Source: Dehalococcoidia bacterium (lineage in GTDB: Bacteria > Chloroflexota > Dehalococcoidia > Lucifugimonadales > JAGWBF01). From it: 64,000 nt of DNA. The notes under the pieces were generated by a model that saw nothing but the letters and a program-made list of their open reading frames with translations, was not told the origin of the DNA and searched no databases. Every line of letters starts with the position of its first letter. The stretch's first letter is position 1. Below are positions 1 through 9,045 of the stretch, piece after piece. The position numbers were made by a program, and so were the translations under genes. The stretch is taken from positions 193,777 to 257,776 of the forward strand of contig CBDBMB010000002.1 in NCBI GenBank assembly GCA_965207305.1, written 5' to 3'.

Positions 1-1
1 T

Positions 2-415
2 ACTAGGCTGTCTATCATAGCTCTTGTCCTTGCGGTTGTTACGTTGATAAGCGGCGTCGCCTGGGCCGCAAACAACCCCGGCCCCAGTGCCCAGGTACAG
101 ACCTCGGTCGTGGAGATCCAGCCCATCCCCATGCAGGTCGAGGTTGGTGGCACCCTTCAGGTCGCGGGCGCCGGTTTCCAGCCCAATGAGTGGGTGCTGT
201 TCGAGATAGTGACCGGTAGCGGCCCCAACATCGTACTGGAAGGCGGCCAGGCGAACTCGGCGGGAGCGTTCCTCGCCGATACCACCAACGCCACGGCCAC
301 CGGCGGCCTCCCCGATACCCTCAGCCAGGGCGTCTATACCATCGTGGCCCGGACCGCGGCCAGCGGCCACATCGCCAGCGCCCCACTGGTAGTGGTGGAC
401 CAAAAGAAGCGCTAG
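2..415 (+). CDS. Small secreted protein of unknown function, 5' end probably outside the window
   Basis: The frame is open from nt 2. Upstream in-frame residues RLSIIALVLAVVTLISGVAWA-ANN look like a signal peptide with an AxA cleavage site. I recognise no family. Confidence 0.5.
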   Translation, partial: TRLSIIALVLAVVTLISGVAWAANNPGPSAQVQTSVVEIQPIPMQVEVGGTLQVAGAGFQPNEWVLFEIVTGSGPNIVLEGGQANSAGAFLADTTNATATGGLPDTLSQGVYTIVARTAASGHIASAPLVVVDQKKR

Positions 416-524
416 TCACAAAGATCAGGAACCGATCGTGAGTAGGGGCCTCTTCATAGAGGCCCCTACTATTTGTCCCCGGAGACGGCGGCCGCGCCGG
501 ACCCTACGCAGCCGATGGCGGCCC

Positions 525-1715
525 TCACCCCTGAGCACGGCTGAGCTTGAGCTTGCGGATACGGCGGCCCAGCAGGGACATGACCTCTATCCGCAGCCCG
601 TCATGGGTCACGGAGTCCCCCACCTGGGGTATCTTGCCCAGGGATGTGTACACCAGGCCTCCCACGGTGTCGACGTCGTCCAGGCGCAAGGGGCTCGACA
701 GCAGGTCGGACAGGTACTCGAGGCTCACCCGGGCGTCGGCGATTATGTCGCCGTTGGCCATGGGTACGACCCTGGGCTCCATGCCCGGGGAGAACTCGTC
801 CTCGATCTCGCCGACGATTTCCTCCAGCAGGTCCTCCAGTGTTACCAGCCCCTCCACCCCGCCGTATTCGTCGACGACCATGGCCATGTGGACGCGCTTC
901 TCCTGCATCTCTCGCAAGAGGTCGTCTAGACGCTTGGACTCCGGGGTGAAGAATGGGGGCCGGGTCACCTCGGCCAGGGGAGGGTGCTCCTCGGTGCGGG
1001 CCAGGAAGGGTAGGAGGTCGCGGGAGTGGACGACGCCGATGATGTTGTCGGTGGTCCCCGTGTAGACGGGAATGCGGCTGTGGCCGTGCTCCTGCATCGT
1101 GCCGGCCACGGTGCTCAGGGACGTGCCGGCGTCCACGGCCACCATGTCGACCCGGGGCACCATGACCTCTTTGGCAGTCGACTCGTCCAGGCGGAGGATG
1201 GAGCGGATCATCAGGCGCTCCCGGTCGTCCAGCGTAGCCTGGCCCTCCTCGGTGATGACGACGGTGGTGGAGTCGTGGTCTCCCTCGGCGTCGGCCGCTT
1301 CGTCTCCGGCGCCATCTGCGCCGTTGTCCGGCGCCTGGGGGAGCCTGACGGCGCGGACATGGAGAGGGCCCAGGAGAGGGGATACCAGGAGACCGGCAAC
1401 GGAGGGGAACCGCCGGGAGACGGCGCCGGCCGCGCCCTCCAGAAGCACCATGAAGGCCAGGAAGCCCAGGGCGGCGGCGGCGTGGACTGCTATCGCCGGG
1501 GATGCAGTGCCCAGTAGCAGCACCTGGAACGAGAGGGCGGCGGCAACCACCGCCGCCAACCGGAGGTAGCTCAGGGCAAGCAGGCCGCGCGAAGCGGGGC
1601 CGGCGGGCGCCGCCTGGCTACCGGACGTGGCGTGGGCACGGGCCATTCCCAGGTAGAGGAAGAGCACGAGGAAGAGTGCCAGGGAAAGGCTGGAAGATAA
1701 GTCGTCGGTATCCAA
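525..1715 (-). CDS. CNNM/DUF21 membrane domain, CBS pair and CorC_HlyC domain protein (hemolysin/CorC family, putative divalent-cation transporter)
   Basis: Hydrophobic N-terminal segments are followed by CBS-pair sequence ([11 protein letters not shown]...IPVY...[11 protein letters not shown]). The C-terminal CorC_HlyC-like part is [28 protein letters not shown]. The ORF-track start is TTG and is uncertain. Confidence 0.8.
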   Translation of the reverse strand: MDTDDLSSSLSLALFLVLFLYLGMARAHATSGSQAAPAGPASRGLLALSYLRLAAVVAAALSFQVLLLGTASPAIAVHAAAALGFLAFMVLLEGAAGAVSRRFPSVAGLLVSPLLGPLHVRAVRLPQAPDNGADGAGDEAADAEGDHDSTTVVITEEGQATLDDRERLMIRSILRLDESTAKEVMVPRVDMVAVDAGTSLSTVAGTMQEHGHSRIPVYTGTTDNIIGVVHSRDLLPFLARTEEHPPLAEVTRPPFFTPESKRLDDLLREMQEKRVHMAMVVDEYGGVEGLVTLEDLLEEIVGEIEDEFSPGMEPRVVPMANGDIIADARVSLEYLSDLLSSPLRLDDVDTVGGLVYTSLGKIPQVGDSVTHDGLRIEVMSLLGRRIRKLKLSRAQG

Positions 1716-1777
1716 GCCCTGCCGTGCTCCCTACTTTGGGGAACGTGGATGGATCGGGTCTCCGGTTGGCGGCCTGT

Positions 1778-3139
1778 TCAAGTGGAATGAGACCTCTTAC
1801 TCTCTACTATTCTAGCAGGTACACCCACCGCCAGTCTACCCGGAGGGACGTCCCCGGTCACCACCGCCCCCGCCCCGGTCACCGCCCCCGGGCCCACGCT
1901 GACGGGAGCGACGAGCATGGTGTCGCAGCCGATGAAGGCCCCTTCGCCCACCACGGTCCGATGCTTCTCCACCCCGTCGTAGTTGCAGGTTATCATGCCC
2001 GCGCCCAGGTTGACGCCGGCCCCGATGGACGCGTCCCCGATGTAGCTGAAGTGCCCGGCGGCGACTCCACGCTCCAGACGGCTCTCCTTCACCTCCACGA
2101 AGTTGCCCAGGTGCACGCCCGTCTCCAGGTAGGCCCCCGGACGGAGACGGCTGAAGGGGCCGACCTCCACCGACGCCTCGATGGTGGCCCCTTCCACGAA
2201 GGACGCGACCACGCGGGACCCGTCGCCGATGGACGAGTCCCGGATGACGGTGCCCGGTCCGATGGTACAGGACTCCCCGATGGTGGAGGCGCCCAGCACC
2301 ATGGTGTTGGGTTGGACCACCGTGTCCCGGCCCAGGACCACCGAGGCGTCCAGGAAGATGGAGTCGGGGTCGACCAGGGTCACTCCCTCCAGCATCCAGT
2401 GGTCACGGACCCTCGTCCTGGCCTCGGCCTCCGCCCGGGCCAGGTGCCTGCGGTCGTTGACGCCCATCACCTCGGACGGGTCCTCGACCAGGAGGGCGCC
2501 GGCGCCTTCGGGCCGGGAGGCCGCCATGGGTATGAGGGACGTGAGGTAGACCTCGCCGCCGGGGGATGGCCCCACCTCCTGAAGGCTTTCCCACATCCAC
2601 GAGGCCCGGAAGCAGTAGACTCCGGCGTTGGTCTCGTAGGGCGCGGCGTCCCCAGGCGGGAGGTCCTGGAACTCGCACACGCCCGAGACCCTTCCTGCGG
2701 CGTCTCGCTCCACCATGCCCAGCCCGTCCCGCGGGTCGCACACGGCGGAGAGGAGGGTGACCAGGGAGCCGTCCTCCAGGTGGCGCCCGGACAGCTCCCG
2801 CAGGGTCCCGGCCCTGACCAGCGGAGTATCGGCTCCAATGACCAGGACGTGGTCGGCATGGTCCCTCAGTAGGTCGGCGGCCCTCAGCAGGGCGTCTCCC
2901 GTGCCCCTCGGCTCCTGCTGGAGGACGTATTCCACGGACTCGCTAAGCAGCCCTCTCATGGCCTCGGCGTTGTCGGGGGAGACCACGACGACGATGCGGC
3001 CGATGCCTGCGTCCTTCATCGCGGCCACGGGATAGGTTACCATCTCCCTGCCGCAGACCTTATGCAGAACCTTGGGTGTGCCGGACTTCATCCGGGCGCC
3101 CCTGCCCGCCGCCAGCACGACCCCCGCCCAGCGTTTCAT
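1778..3139 (-). CDS. glmU: Bifunctional UDP-N-acetylglucosamine diphosphorylase / glucosamine-1-phosphate N-acetyltransferase
   Basis: N-terminal nucleotidyltransferase motif MKRWAGVVLAAGRGARMKSGTPKVLH, plus a C-terminal hexapeptide-repeat (left-handed beta-helix) region. Start set to the ATG at 3139 (M19 of the track ORF). Confidence 0.9.
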   Translation of the reverse strand: MKRWAGVVLAAGRGARMKSGTPKVLHKVCGREMVTYPVAAMKDAGIGRIVVVVSPDNAEAMRGLLSESVEYVLQQEPRGTGDALLRAADLLRDHADHVLVIGADTPLVRAGTLRELSGRHLEDGSLVTLLSAVCDPRDGLGMVERDAAGRVSGVCEFQDLPPGDAAPYETNAGVYCFRASWMWESLQEVGPSPGGEVYLTSLIPMAASRPEGAGALLVEDPSEVMGVNDRRHLARAEAEARTRVRDHWMLEGVTLVDPDSIFLDASVVLGRDTVVQPNTMVLGASTIGESCTIGPGTVIRDSSIGDGSRVVASFVEGATIEASVEVGPFSRLRPGAYLETGVHLGNFVEVKESRLERGVAAGHFSYIGDASIGAGVNLGAGMITCNYDGVEKHRTVVGEGAFIGCDTMLVAPVSVGPGAVTGAGAVVTGDVPPGRLAVGVPARIVESKRSHST

Positions 3140-3359
3140 AGGTGCCACCCCCTGACTTGTCGTTGATCCACGCCGCCGCAAAATCCGGGTCACCTGCCGT
3201 GACTCAGGTCAATGGTAAGAGGGCGTTCGCGCAAGAGTCAAGACAAGGGGCCATGGCCGGGCCCCCGTGGTTCCTTGCCGGGGTCTGCACGGACGGTTAC
3301 AATGGTACCGTCGCCGCAGCCCACCGGACCGTGCCGGCGACGACGGATAGGAGGCCGTG

Positions 3360-5006
3360 ATGAAGGTGGTCGACGCCATAGCCGAGATACTGAAGAAGGA
3401 AGGGGTGGACTACCTTCCGTGCTATCCTACGACCCCCATCATCGAGGCCGCGGCCGGCGCGAAGATACGCCCCGTCGTGTGTCGGCAGGAGCGCGTGGGC
3501 GTCGGCATAGCCGACGGGTTCAGCCGTGTGACCAACGGCTGCCCCCCCGGGGTGTTCGCCATGCAGTACGGCCCCGGCGCGGAGAACGCCTTCTCGGGGG
3601 TGGCCACGGCCTACTCGGACTCGGTGCCCATGCTGCTGCTCCCGGCGGGGCACCCGGGGGAGAGGATGGGTGTGCCTCCCCACTTCGACTCGGTGCGGGT
3701 CTACGAGCCTGTCACCAAGACGGTGGAGCGGATCAACACGTCGGAGAGGGTCTCCGAGATAATGCGGCGGGCCTTCAGCAACCTGAGGATGGGACGGCCT
3801 GGGCCGGTGATGGTTGAGATCCCGTCGGACATCGCCCTGGAGGAGGCGGACGAGGCTGTCGCCAAGTACCAGCCGGTGCGCGCTACGTGTGCGGTGGCCA
3901 ACCCCAGGGACGTGGACGACGCGGCGCAGGCGTTGCTGGCGGCGAAGTCTCCGGTGATATACGCAGGCCAGGGTGTCATGTACGCGGGCGCCTGCGAGGA
4001 GCTCAAGCAGCTTGCGGAGCTGGTCCAGGCGCCGGTGATGACTACCCTGGTGGGCAAGAGCGCCTTCCCCGAGGACCATCCCCTTGCGCTGGGCACCGGG
4101 GGAGCCACCTCGGCGGGCCCTGTGGTGACCTTCCTGAAGGACGCGGACCTGGTGTTCGGGGTGGGCACCAGCTTCACCAGGCACGGCATGACCATTACCA
4201 TCCCCCCTGGCAAGGTGATGGTCCAGGCCACCAACGACCCCCGGGACATCAACAAGGACTATACCATCGACCATCCCATCATCGGCGATGCCAGGCTGGT
4301 GCTGCTCCAGTTCATCGAGGCGGTGAAGGACCGGCTCGGCAAGGGCCGCCCCGCCGACGGAGAACGGGCCGCGCAGGTCAAGGCGGCCCGAGACGCCTGG
4401 CTGGCCGAGTGGATGCCCAAGCTGACCTCCGACGAGACGCCCATGACCCCGTACCGGGTCATATGGGACCTGATGAAGACGGTGGACCCATCGGAGGCCA
4501 TCGTCACCCACGACTCGGGAAGTCCCAGGGACCAGATGATACCCTTCTACCGCGCCGCCGGACCGCGAACGTACCTGGGCTGGGGCAAGTCCCACGGCCT
4601 CGGCACGGGGCTGGGGCTGGCGATGGGAGCCAAGCTGGCGGACCCGGACAAGCTCTGCATCAACTGGATGGGGGACGCCGCCTTCGGCATGGTGGGGCTG
4701 GACTTCGAGACCGCGACCCGGGCCGGGGTGCCAATCCTGACCATGGTCTCCAACAACTCGACCATGGCCGCGGAGACCAACCAGATGCGCGTGTCCCACG
4801 ACCTGTACAATACCCGGGACATAGGCGGGAACTACGCCGACATGGCCAGGGCGATGGGAGGCTACTCGGAGAGGGTGGAGCAACCGTCGGAGATAGGCCC
4901 GGCGATAAGGCGCGCCAAGGAGGCCACAGAGGAGGGGCGGGCTGCGCTCCTGGAGTTCATCACGTGCTCCGAGACCGCCGCCTCCCACCGCCGCGCCTTC
5001 GGATAG
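3360..5006 (+). CDS. Thiamine-pyrophosphate-dependent enzyme (acetolactate-synthase-like superfamily, substrate unknown)
   Basis: The N-terminal TPP pyrimidine-binding domain pattern is VDAIAEILKKEGVDYLPCYPTTP...RQERVGVGIADGFSRV. The C-terminal TPP-binding part is GWGKSHGLGTGLGLAMGAKLA...MGDAAFGM. AGGAGG lies 5 nt before the ATG at 3360. Confidence 0.8.
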   Translation: MKVVDAIAEILKKEGVDYLPCYPTTPIIEAAAGAKIRPVVCRQERVGVGIADGFSRVTNGCPPGVFAMQYGPGAENAFSGVATAYSDSVPMLLLPAGHPGERMGVPPHFDSVRVYEPVTKTVERINTSERVSEIMRRAFSNLRMGRPGPVMVEIPSDIALEEADEAVAKYQPVRATCAVANPRDVDDAAQALLAAKSPVIYAGQGVMYAGACEELKQLAELVQAPVMTTLVGKSAFPEDHPLALGTGGATSAGPVVTFLKDADLVFGVGTSFTRHGMTITIPPGKVMVQATNDPRDINKDYTIDHPIIGDARLVLLQFIEAVKDRLGKGRPADGERAAQVKAARDAWLAEWMPKLTSDETPMTPYRVIWDLMKTVDPSEAIVTHDSGSPRDQMIPFYRAAGPRTYLGWGKSHGLGTGLGLAMGAKLADPDKLCINWMGDAAFGMVGLDFETATRAGVPILTMVSNNSTMAAETNQMRVSHDLYNTRDIGGNYADMARAMGGYSERVEQPSEIGPAIRRAKEATEEGRAALLEFITCSETAASHRRAFG

Positions 5007-5085
5007 GGCGCGACCTGCCCGTCCGCAGGGTAGACGGGAGGGCCCCGGAGAGTGGTCGGCCCGGAGATTGGCCGGATAACCGGAT

Positions 5086-5619
5086 ATGGACGCAAGCAAG
5101 GCGAAATACAGGTTCGGGAGCCCCTCCCGTGTTACGCCGGAGGCCATCGGCGAGCCGGGCAAGAGGACCTTCCGGCTCATCCTGGAATCGGGGGAGGCAT
5201 CGGCGTCCCTGTGGCTGGAGAAGGAGCAGCTCTACCAGCTTGCCATCTACATCCAGGAGATCGGCAGCTCACTGTCGGATGCCGACGATGAACCGGGCGG
5301 CGCGGCGCCCGAGCCCCAGTGGAGCGGCGGCCCCACCAACGTGGAGTTCAAGGTCGGCAGGCTGGCCCTAGGCCACGACGGCGCGAACAAGTGCTTTCTG
5401 CTGCTGGCCCACGCCGCCGGGGCCGAGGACGAGGGCCAGGACGAGGACATGGCTACCCTGAGCTTCTGGCTCACCGCCAGCCAGGGGCGGGAGCTGGCGG
5501 CCGAGGCGCTGAAGGTCTGCGCGGCCGGCCGGCCCCGGTGCTTCCTGTGCGGCAAGCCCATCGACGCCGACGGCCACATGTGCCCCCGGGCCAACGGGCA
5601 CGGCCCCGTGGACTTCTGA
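5086..5619 (+). CDS. DUF3090 family protein
   Basis: EAIGEPGKRTFRL...LWLEKEQL... and a C-terminal CFLCGKPIDADGHMCPRANGH zinc-ribbon-like tail match my recollection of the DUF3090 (TIGR03847) family. Confidence 0.7.
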   Translation: MDASKAKYRFGSPSRVTPEAIGEPGKRTFRLILESGEASASLWLEKEQLYQLAIYIQEIGSSLSDADDEPGGAAPEPQWSGGPTNVEFKVGRLALGHDGANKCFLLLAHAAGAEDEGQDEDMATLSFWLTASQGRELAAEALKVCAAGRPRCFLCGKPIDADGHMCPRANGHGPVDF

Positions 5620-5654
5620 TGCCGGCGTGATCATCCCCGGCAGCTAGACCAGCA

Positions 5655-6365
5655 ATGCCTCTGGACTCGCCGGAAGACGTGACGCGTCTGATGAGCCGGG
5701 GGGAGATAACCTCCCTCCAGCTCTATCCCTGGGGGTCCAACTACACGTTCGTGGCCAGGGTGCGCGACTCCAACGCAGAGTGCCTTGCCATCTACAAGCC
5801 CCGGGACGGCGAGATCCCCCTCTGGGACTTCCCGGACCACACCCTCTACAAACGGGAGTATGCGGCCTACTTGCTCAGCCGGGTCCTGGGGTGGGACTTC
5901 ATACCCCTGACCGTCATCCGGGAAGGGCCCCACGGCATCGGGTCCCTGCAATACTACGTGGACCACGACCCGCGGGTAACCTACTACGACCTGCGGGAGA
6001 CCGACTCGGATGCCCTGCGCACCATGGCGTGCTTCGACCTGGTCAGCAACAACGCCGACCGCAAGGCGGTGCACTTCCTCCGGGACACGGTGGGCAAGGT
6101 GTGGGGCATAGACCACGGGCTGACGTTCAACTCGGCGATGAAGGTCCGGACGGTGATCTGGGACTTCGGGGGCGAGGCCATACCGGCCCACCTGCTGGAG
6201 GCGCTGTCGGGGTTCCTGAGACGCCTGGTCAGGCCCGACGACGACGTGGCGGAGCTGATGGATCTGCTGGACGAGGATGAGGTGGCGGCCCTGGTCCACC
6301 GGATAACCTGGGTACTGGACGCCGGAGAGTATCCCGCCATCCGGCGCCGCAGACACCGCCGGTAG
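5655..6365 (+). CDS. SCO1664-family protein (PI3/PI4-kinase-like fold, function unknown)
   Basis: GSNYTFVARV...AIYKPRDGE.PLWDFP...REYAAYLLS...NNADRKAVHFL...WGIDHGLTF resembles the SCO1664 family (TIGR03843), which is usually adjacent to DUF3090. Confidence 0.7.
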   Translation: MPLDSPEDVTRLMSRGEITSLQLYPWGSNYTFVARVRDSNAECLAIYKPRDGEIPLWDFPDHTLYKREYAAYLLSRVLGWDFIPLTVIREGPHGIGSLQYYVDHDPRVTYYDLRETDSDALRTMACFDLVSNNADRKAVHFLRDTVGKVWGIDHGLTFNSAMKVRTVIWDFGGEAIPAHLLEALSGFLRRLVRPDDDVAELMDLLDEDEVAALVHRITWVLDAGEYPAIRRRRHRR

Positions 6366-6421
6366 GAATCAGGGCGGGAGCGGTTGCCGTAACGGCCAAG
6401 GCGGCCGGGTGAGCGGCGGGC

Positions 6422-6931
6422 CTACTCCCGTGAAGGCCAGTTGTCCTGGTCGTCGGGCTGCTGGTACGGGGCCTCGCCCTGGGGAGGTTGCTGCTGTTGC
6501 TGTTGCTGTTCCTGCTGCTCCTGGCCCCCGTACTGCTGCATGTAGCTCTCCAGGGCCCCCTGGAACCTGCTCTCGAACTCCTCGGCGTCCCTGGGCTGTA
6601 TCAGGATGCGGCTGCCCTTGTGGAGGCGCACCAGCAGCCTGGAGCCGAAGGCGAACTTGAGCATCTGTACTTCCGCGATGTCCCGGAAGAGCACGTGGCG
6701 TATCCTTGGCTTTCCGTAGGCGATTATGAGCCTGTCGGGGTATAGCATGTACTGGCCCGGTGTCGTCAGCCAGCTGAAGGCGGCGACGGCAAGTCCGACG
6801 GCCACCATGAGCGGGTCCTGGGCGATCACTATGCCCATGGCCAGAACCACCAGGGCTATCACCAGGGTCAGGTTGAAGGACGACCCGTGTCGGTCGGCGT
6901 GTACCGGCTGATACTGTTCCTGTTGCTGCAT
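6422..6931 (-). CDS. Membrane-anchored bacterial PH-domain-like protein with a Gln-rich C-terminal tail
   Basis: Two hydrophobic helices are followed by YMLYPDRLIIAYG...FRDIAEVQ...LVRLHKGSRILIQP (bPH-like). The tail is QQYGGQEQQEQQQQQQQPPQGE. Confidence 0.6.
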   Translation of the reverse strand: MQQQEQYQPVHADRHGSSFNLTLVIALVVLAMGIVIAQDPLMVAVGLAVAAFSWLTTPGQYMLYPDRLIIAYGKPRIRHVLFRDIAEVQMLKFAFGSRLLVRLHKGSRILIQPRDAEEFESRFQGALESYMQQYGGQEQQEQQQQQQQPPQGEAPYQQPDDQDNWPSRE

Positions 6932-7005
6932 GGGGATATTCTATCATATCCTTACAGGGCTGATGTAATAGGCGCGCGGCGATTTCCGGGCGGGTTGTCG
7001 CGCGG

Positions 7006-7392
7006 GTGCGGGAGGACGGCAGGCCGATGGACGGTGGCCCAGGCAAGAGCAGACAGGTCAGGCTGGCGGTGTACCAGAACGAGTCGCTGGCCCGGCTGGC
7101 GGAGCAGCGCCTAAACCAGCAGCTCATCGGCTGCGTCGTCCGGTCCCTGGTAGCGGGCTCCGGGGCGTTGGGGCTGCCAACCAACGTGCCTCACGCTCTA
7201 TACGTCCTTGCGGAGGAGGAGATGAGGGCCCGGGAGGTGTTGAACATCCCTCCGGCGGAGATCGCCGAGCGGGAGGGTAGGCCCGCCCATCCCCGTAGGG
7301 TGTCCACATCCATGGTCGCGGTCCTAGTCGTGGCCGCCGGGGCGGCGCTCATACTGGGTGTCGGGATCGCGTACACCTGGGTCCTCGGTTGA
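7006..7392 (+). CDS. Hypothetical protein with a C-terminal transmembrane helix (DUF2007-like N-terminal part?)
   Basis: The ORF has a hydrophobic tail MVAVLVVAAGAALILGVGIAY. Start is ambiguous (GTG at 7006 or ATG at 7027). Family assignment is weak. Confidence 0.4.
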   Translation: MREDGRPMDGGPGKSRQVRLAVYQNESLARLAEQRLNQQLIGCVVRSLVAGSGALGLPTNVPHALYVLAEEEMRAREVLNIPPAEIAEREGRPAHPRRVSTSMVAVLVVAAGAALILGVGIAYTWVLG

Positions 7393-7438
7393 GCCTCGAG
7401 CTTCCCTTCCGGCTGGGCCCCGGCGGCCCATCGAACAC

Positions 7439-8656
7439 ATGGACCGGTCCTTGAAGTTCCATGTAGAGCACACCTGCGGGTCGGCCCGGGCTGGCGTGCT
7501 GGCCACGTCTCATGGCAGCGTGCCCACGCCGGCATTCATGCCGGTCGCCACCCAGGGCAGCGTCAAGGCGCTGGGACCCGACGAGGTCGAGGAGATAGGC
7601 GCCCGCATAGTCCTGGCCAACGCCTACCACCTGGGCCTCCGTCCCGGCGTCGAGTTGGTCCGCGAGCTCGGCGGCCTCCACGCCTTCTCCGGGTGGGGTG
7701 GCCCGATGCTTACCGACAGCGGAGGCTTTCAGGCCTTCAGCCTGGGCAGACTGGGGCGGCTGACCGAGGACGGTCTCCTGTTCCGCTCTCACATAGACGG
7801 CAGCGAGCACCTGTTGACCCCCGAGTCGTCCATGCGCGACCAGCTGGGCCTGGGGGCCGACATGATCATGTGCCTGGACCAGTGTATCGCCGTGGGGGAG
7901 GGGCGGGAGGCGGTGGGGCTGGCCATGGAACGCACCCACCGCTGGGCCCTCCGTTGCCGGGACGCCAGGCGCGGCTATCCGCAGGGGGAGAGTGGGGCCC
8001 TATTCGGCATAGTCCAGGGGGGCGTGTTCGAAGACATGCGGAGAGAGTCCGCGGAGTGCGTCACGTCGCTGGGCTTCGACGGGTACGCCATCGGAGGGCT
8101 GGCCGTGGGGGAGTCCAAGGCGGAGATGTACGCCGTAGCGGAGCTGGTGACGCCGCTTCTGCCGCGGGACAGGCCCAGGTACCTGATGGGGGTTGGCGCA
8201 CCAGAGGACCTGGTGGAGTGTGTCTACCGGGGCGTCGATATGTTCGACTGTGCCCTGCCGACCAGGGTGGCGCGCAACGGCGCCCTATACACGCCCCAGG
8301 GCCGGGTGGACGTTACCAGCGGGCGGTTTCGGGACATGGCCGGGCCCGTCCAGGACGACTGTGACTGCTACGCGTGCCGCCGGTTTTCGGCGGCCTACCT
8401 GCACCACCTGTTCAAGACGAAGGAGGTCTTGGGCCTGAGACTGGCGTCGATGCACAACCTTCGCTTCGTCCTGCGGTTGATGGAGGACATGAGGCAGGCG
8501 ATTGCCGAGGGGGAGCTCGAGGCGTTTCGCCGGGACTTTCTGGCTTCGTTCACGCCGACGGACGAAGGGGCCAGGCAGAGCAACAAGGAGGCGTGGATGC
8601 GGGCCAGGGGAATGCTGGGGTCCAGCGGGCCCGCCCAGGGCCGGGATGGCCGCTAG
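7439..8656 (+). CDS. tgt: Queuine tRNA-ribosyltransferase (tRNA-guanine transglycosylase)
   Basis: Motifs present: GSARAGVL.T.HG.V.TP.FMPV.T.G.VK, LANAYHL, GGFQ, GLAVGE and the CDCYAC zinc site. Start moved to the ATG at 7439. Confidence 0.9.
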   Translation: MDRSLKFHVEHTCGSARAGVLATSHGSVPTPAFMPVATQGSVKALGPDEVEEIGARIVLANAYHLGLRPGVELVRELGGLHAFSGWGGPMLTDSGGFQAFSLGRLGRLTEDGLLFRSHIDGSEHLLTPESSMRDQLGLGADMIMCLDQCIAVGEGREAVGLAMERTHRWALRCRDARRGYPQGESGALFGIVQGGVFEDMRRESAECVTSLGFDGYAIGGLAVGESKAEMYAVAELVTPLLPRDRPRYLMGVGAPEDLVECVYRGVDMFDCALPTRVARNGALYTPQGRVDVTSGRFRDMAGPVQDDCDCYACRRFSAAYLHHLFKTKEVLGLRLASMHNLRFVLRLMEDMRQAIAEGELEAFRRDFLASFTPTDEGARQSNKEAWMRARGMLGSSGPAQGRDGR

Positions 8657-8934
8657 CAGCCGCCGGCAACGGCCGGAACGATGCTGACCTCGTCTCCGGA
8701 CTTGGTGGACGTGTCGGTCCCCTGGAGGAACCGGACATCCTCGCCGTTGATGTAGATGTTCACGAAGTAGCGCAGCTCTCCCGACTCGTCCAGCAGGCGC
8801 TCCTTGAACCCCGGGTAGTCCGACTCCAACCTGTCTATGATCTCGCCCAGGTTGGACGCCTCTATCTCGACCTTGTCCTGCCCGTTGGCCATACGGCGCA
8901 GAGGTGTGGGGATTCGAACCAAGATGCCGCTCAT
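8653..8934 (-). CDS. MoaD/ThiS-family ubiquitin-like sulfur-carrier protein ending ...VAGG-C
   Basis: 93 aa with a beta-grasp pattern (VRIPTPLRR...VEIEA...NIYINGEDVRF...GDEVSIVPAVAGGC). The Gly-Gly is followed by one extra Cys before the TAG stop. AAGGAGAG lies 8 nt upstream of the ATG. Confidence 0.75.
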   Translation of the reverse strand: MSGILVRIPTPLRRMANGQDKVEIEASNLGEIIDRLESDYPGFKERLLDESGELRYFVNIYINGEDVRFLQGTDTSTKSGDEVSIVPAVAGGC

Positions 8935-8951
8935 CTGTACTTTCTCTCCTT

Positions 8952-8981
8952 GAACGTAGGGTCGGGGAACGTAGGGTCGGG
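8952..8981. repeat. Perfect 15-bp tandem duplication GAACGTAGGGTCGGG x2 in the thrC-moaD intergenic spacer
   Basis: Read directly: 8952..8966 is identical to 8967..8981. It sits just upstream of the MoaD-like ribosome-binding site on the minus strand. Confidence 0.9.
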
Positions 8982-9045
8982 CCCAGCCGGCGTTCGATCC
9001 TCCACCAAGGCGGGGTATCCAGGGGGTGCTGTCTCTCGTTGGCCC

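Noticed and set aside
3297-5180. Very long ORFs antisense to, or overlapping, well-supported genes. Examples are 3297..5180(-), 1502..2872(+), 8374..10284(+), 10363..11493(-), 18522..20252(+), 43248..45446(-), 48741..50537(+) and 61274..62749(+).
   Set aside because: Their translations are Arg/Gly/Pro/His-rich and low in complexity, with no domain patterns. They lie opposite genes with clear family signatures. Such shadow ORFs are expected in DNA with about 65% GC, where stop codons are rare.
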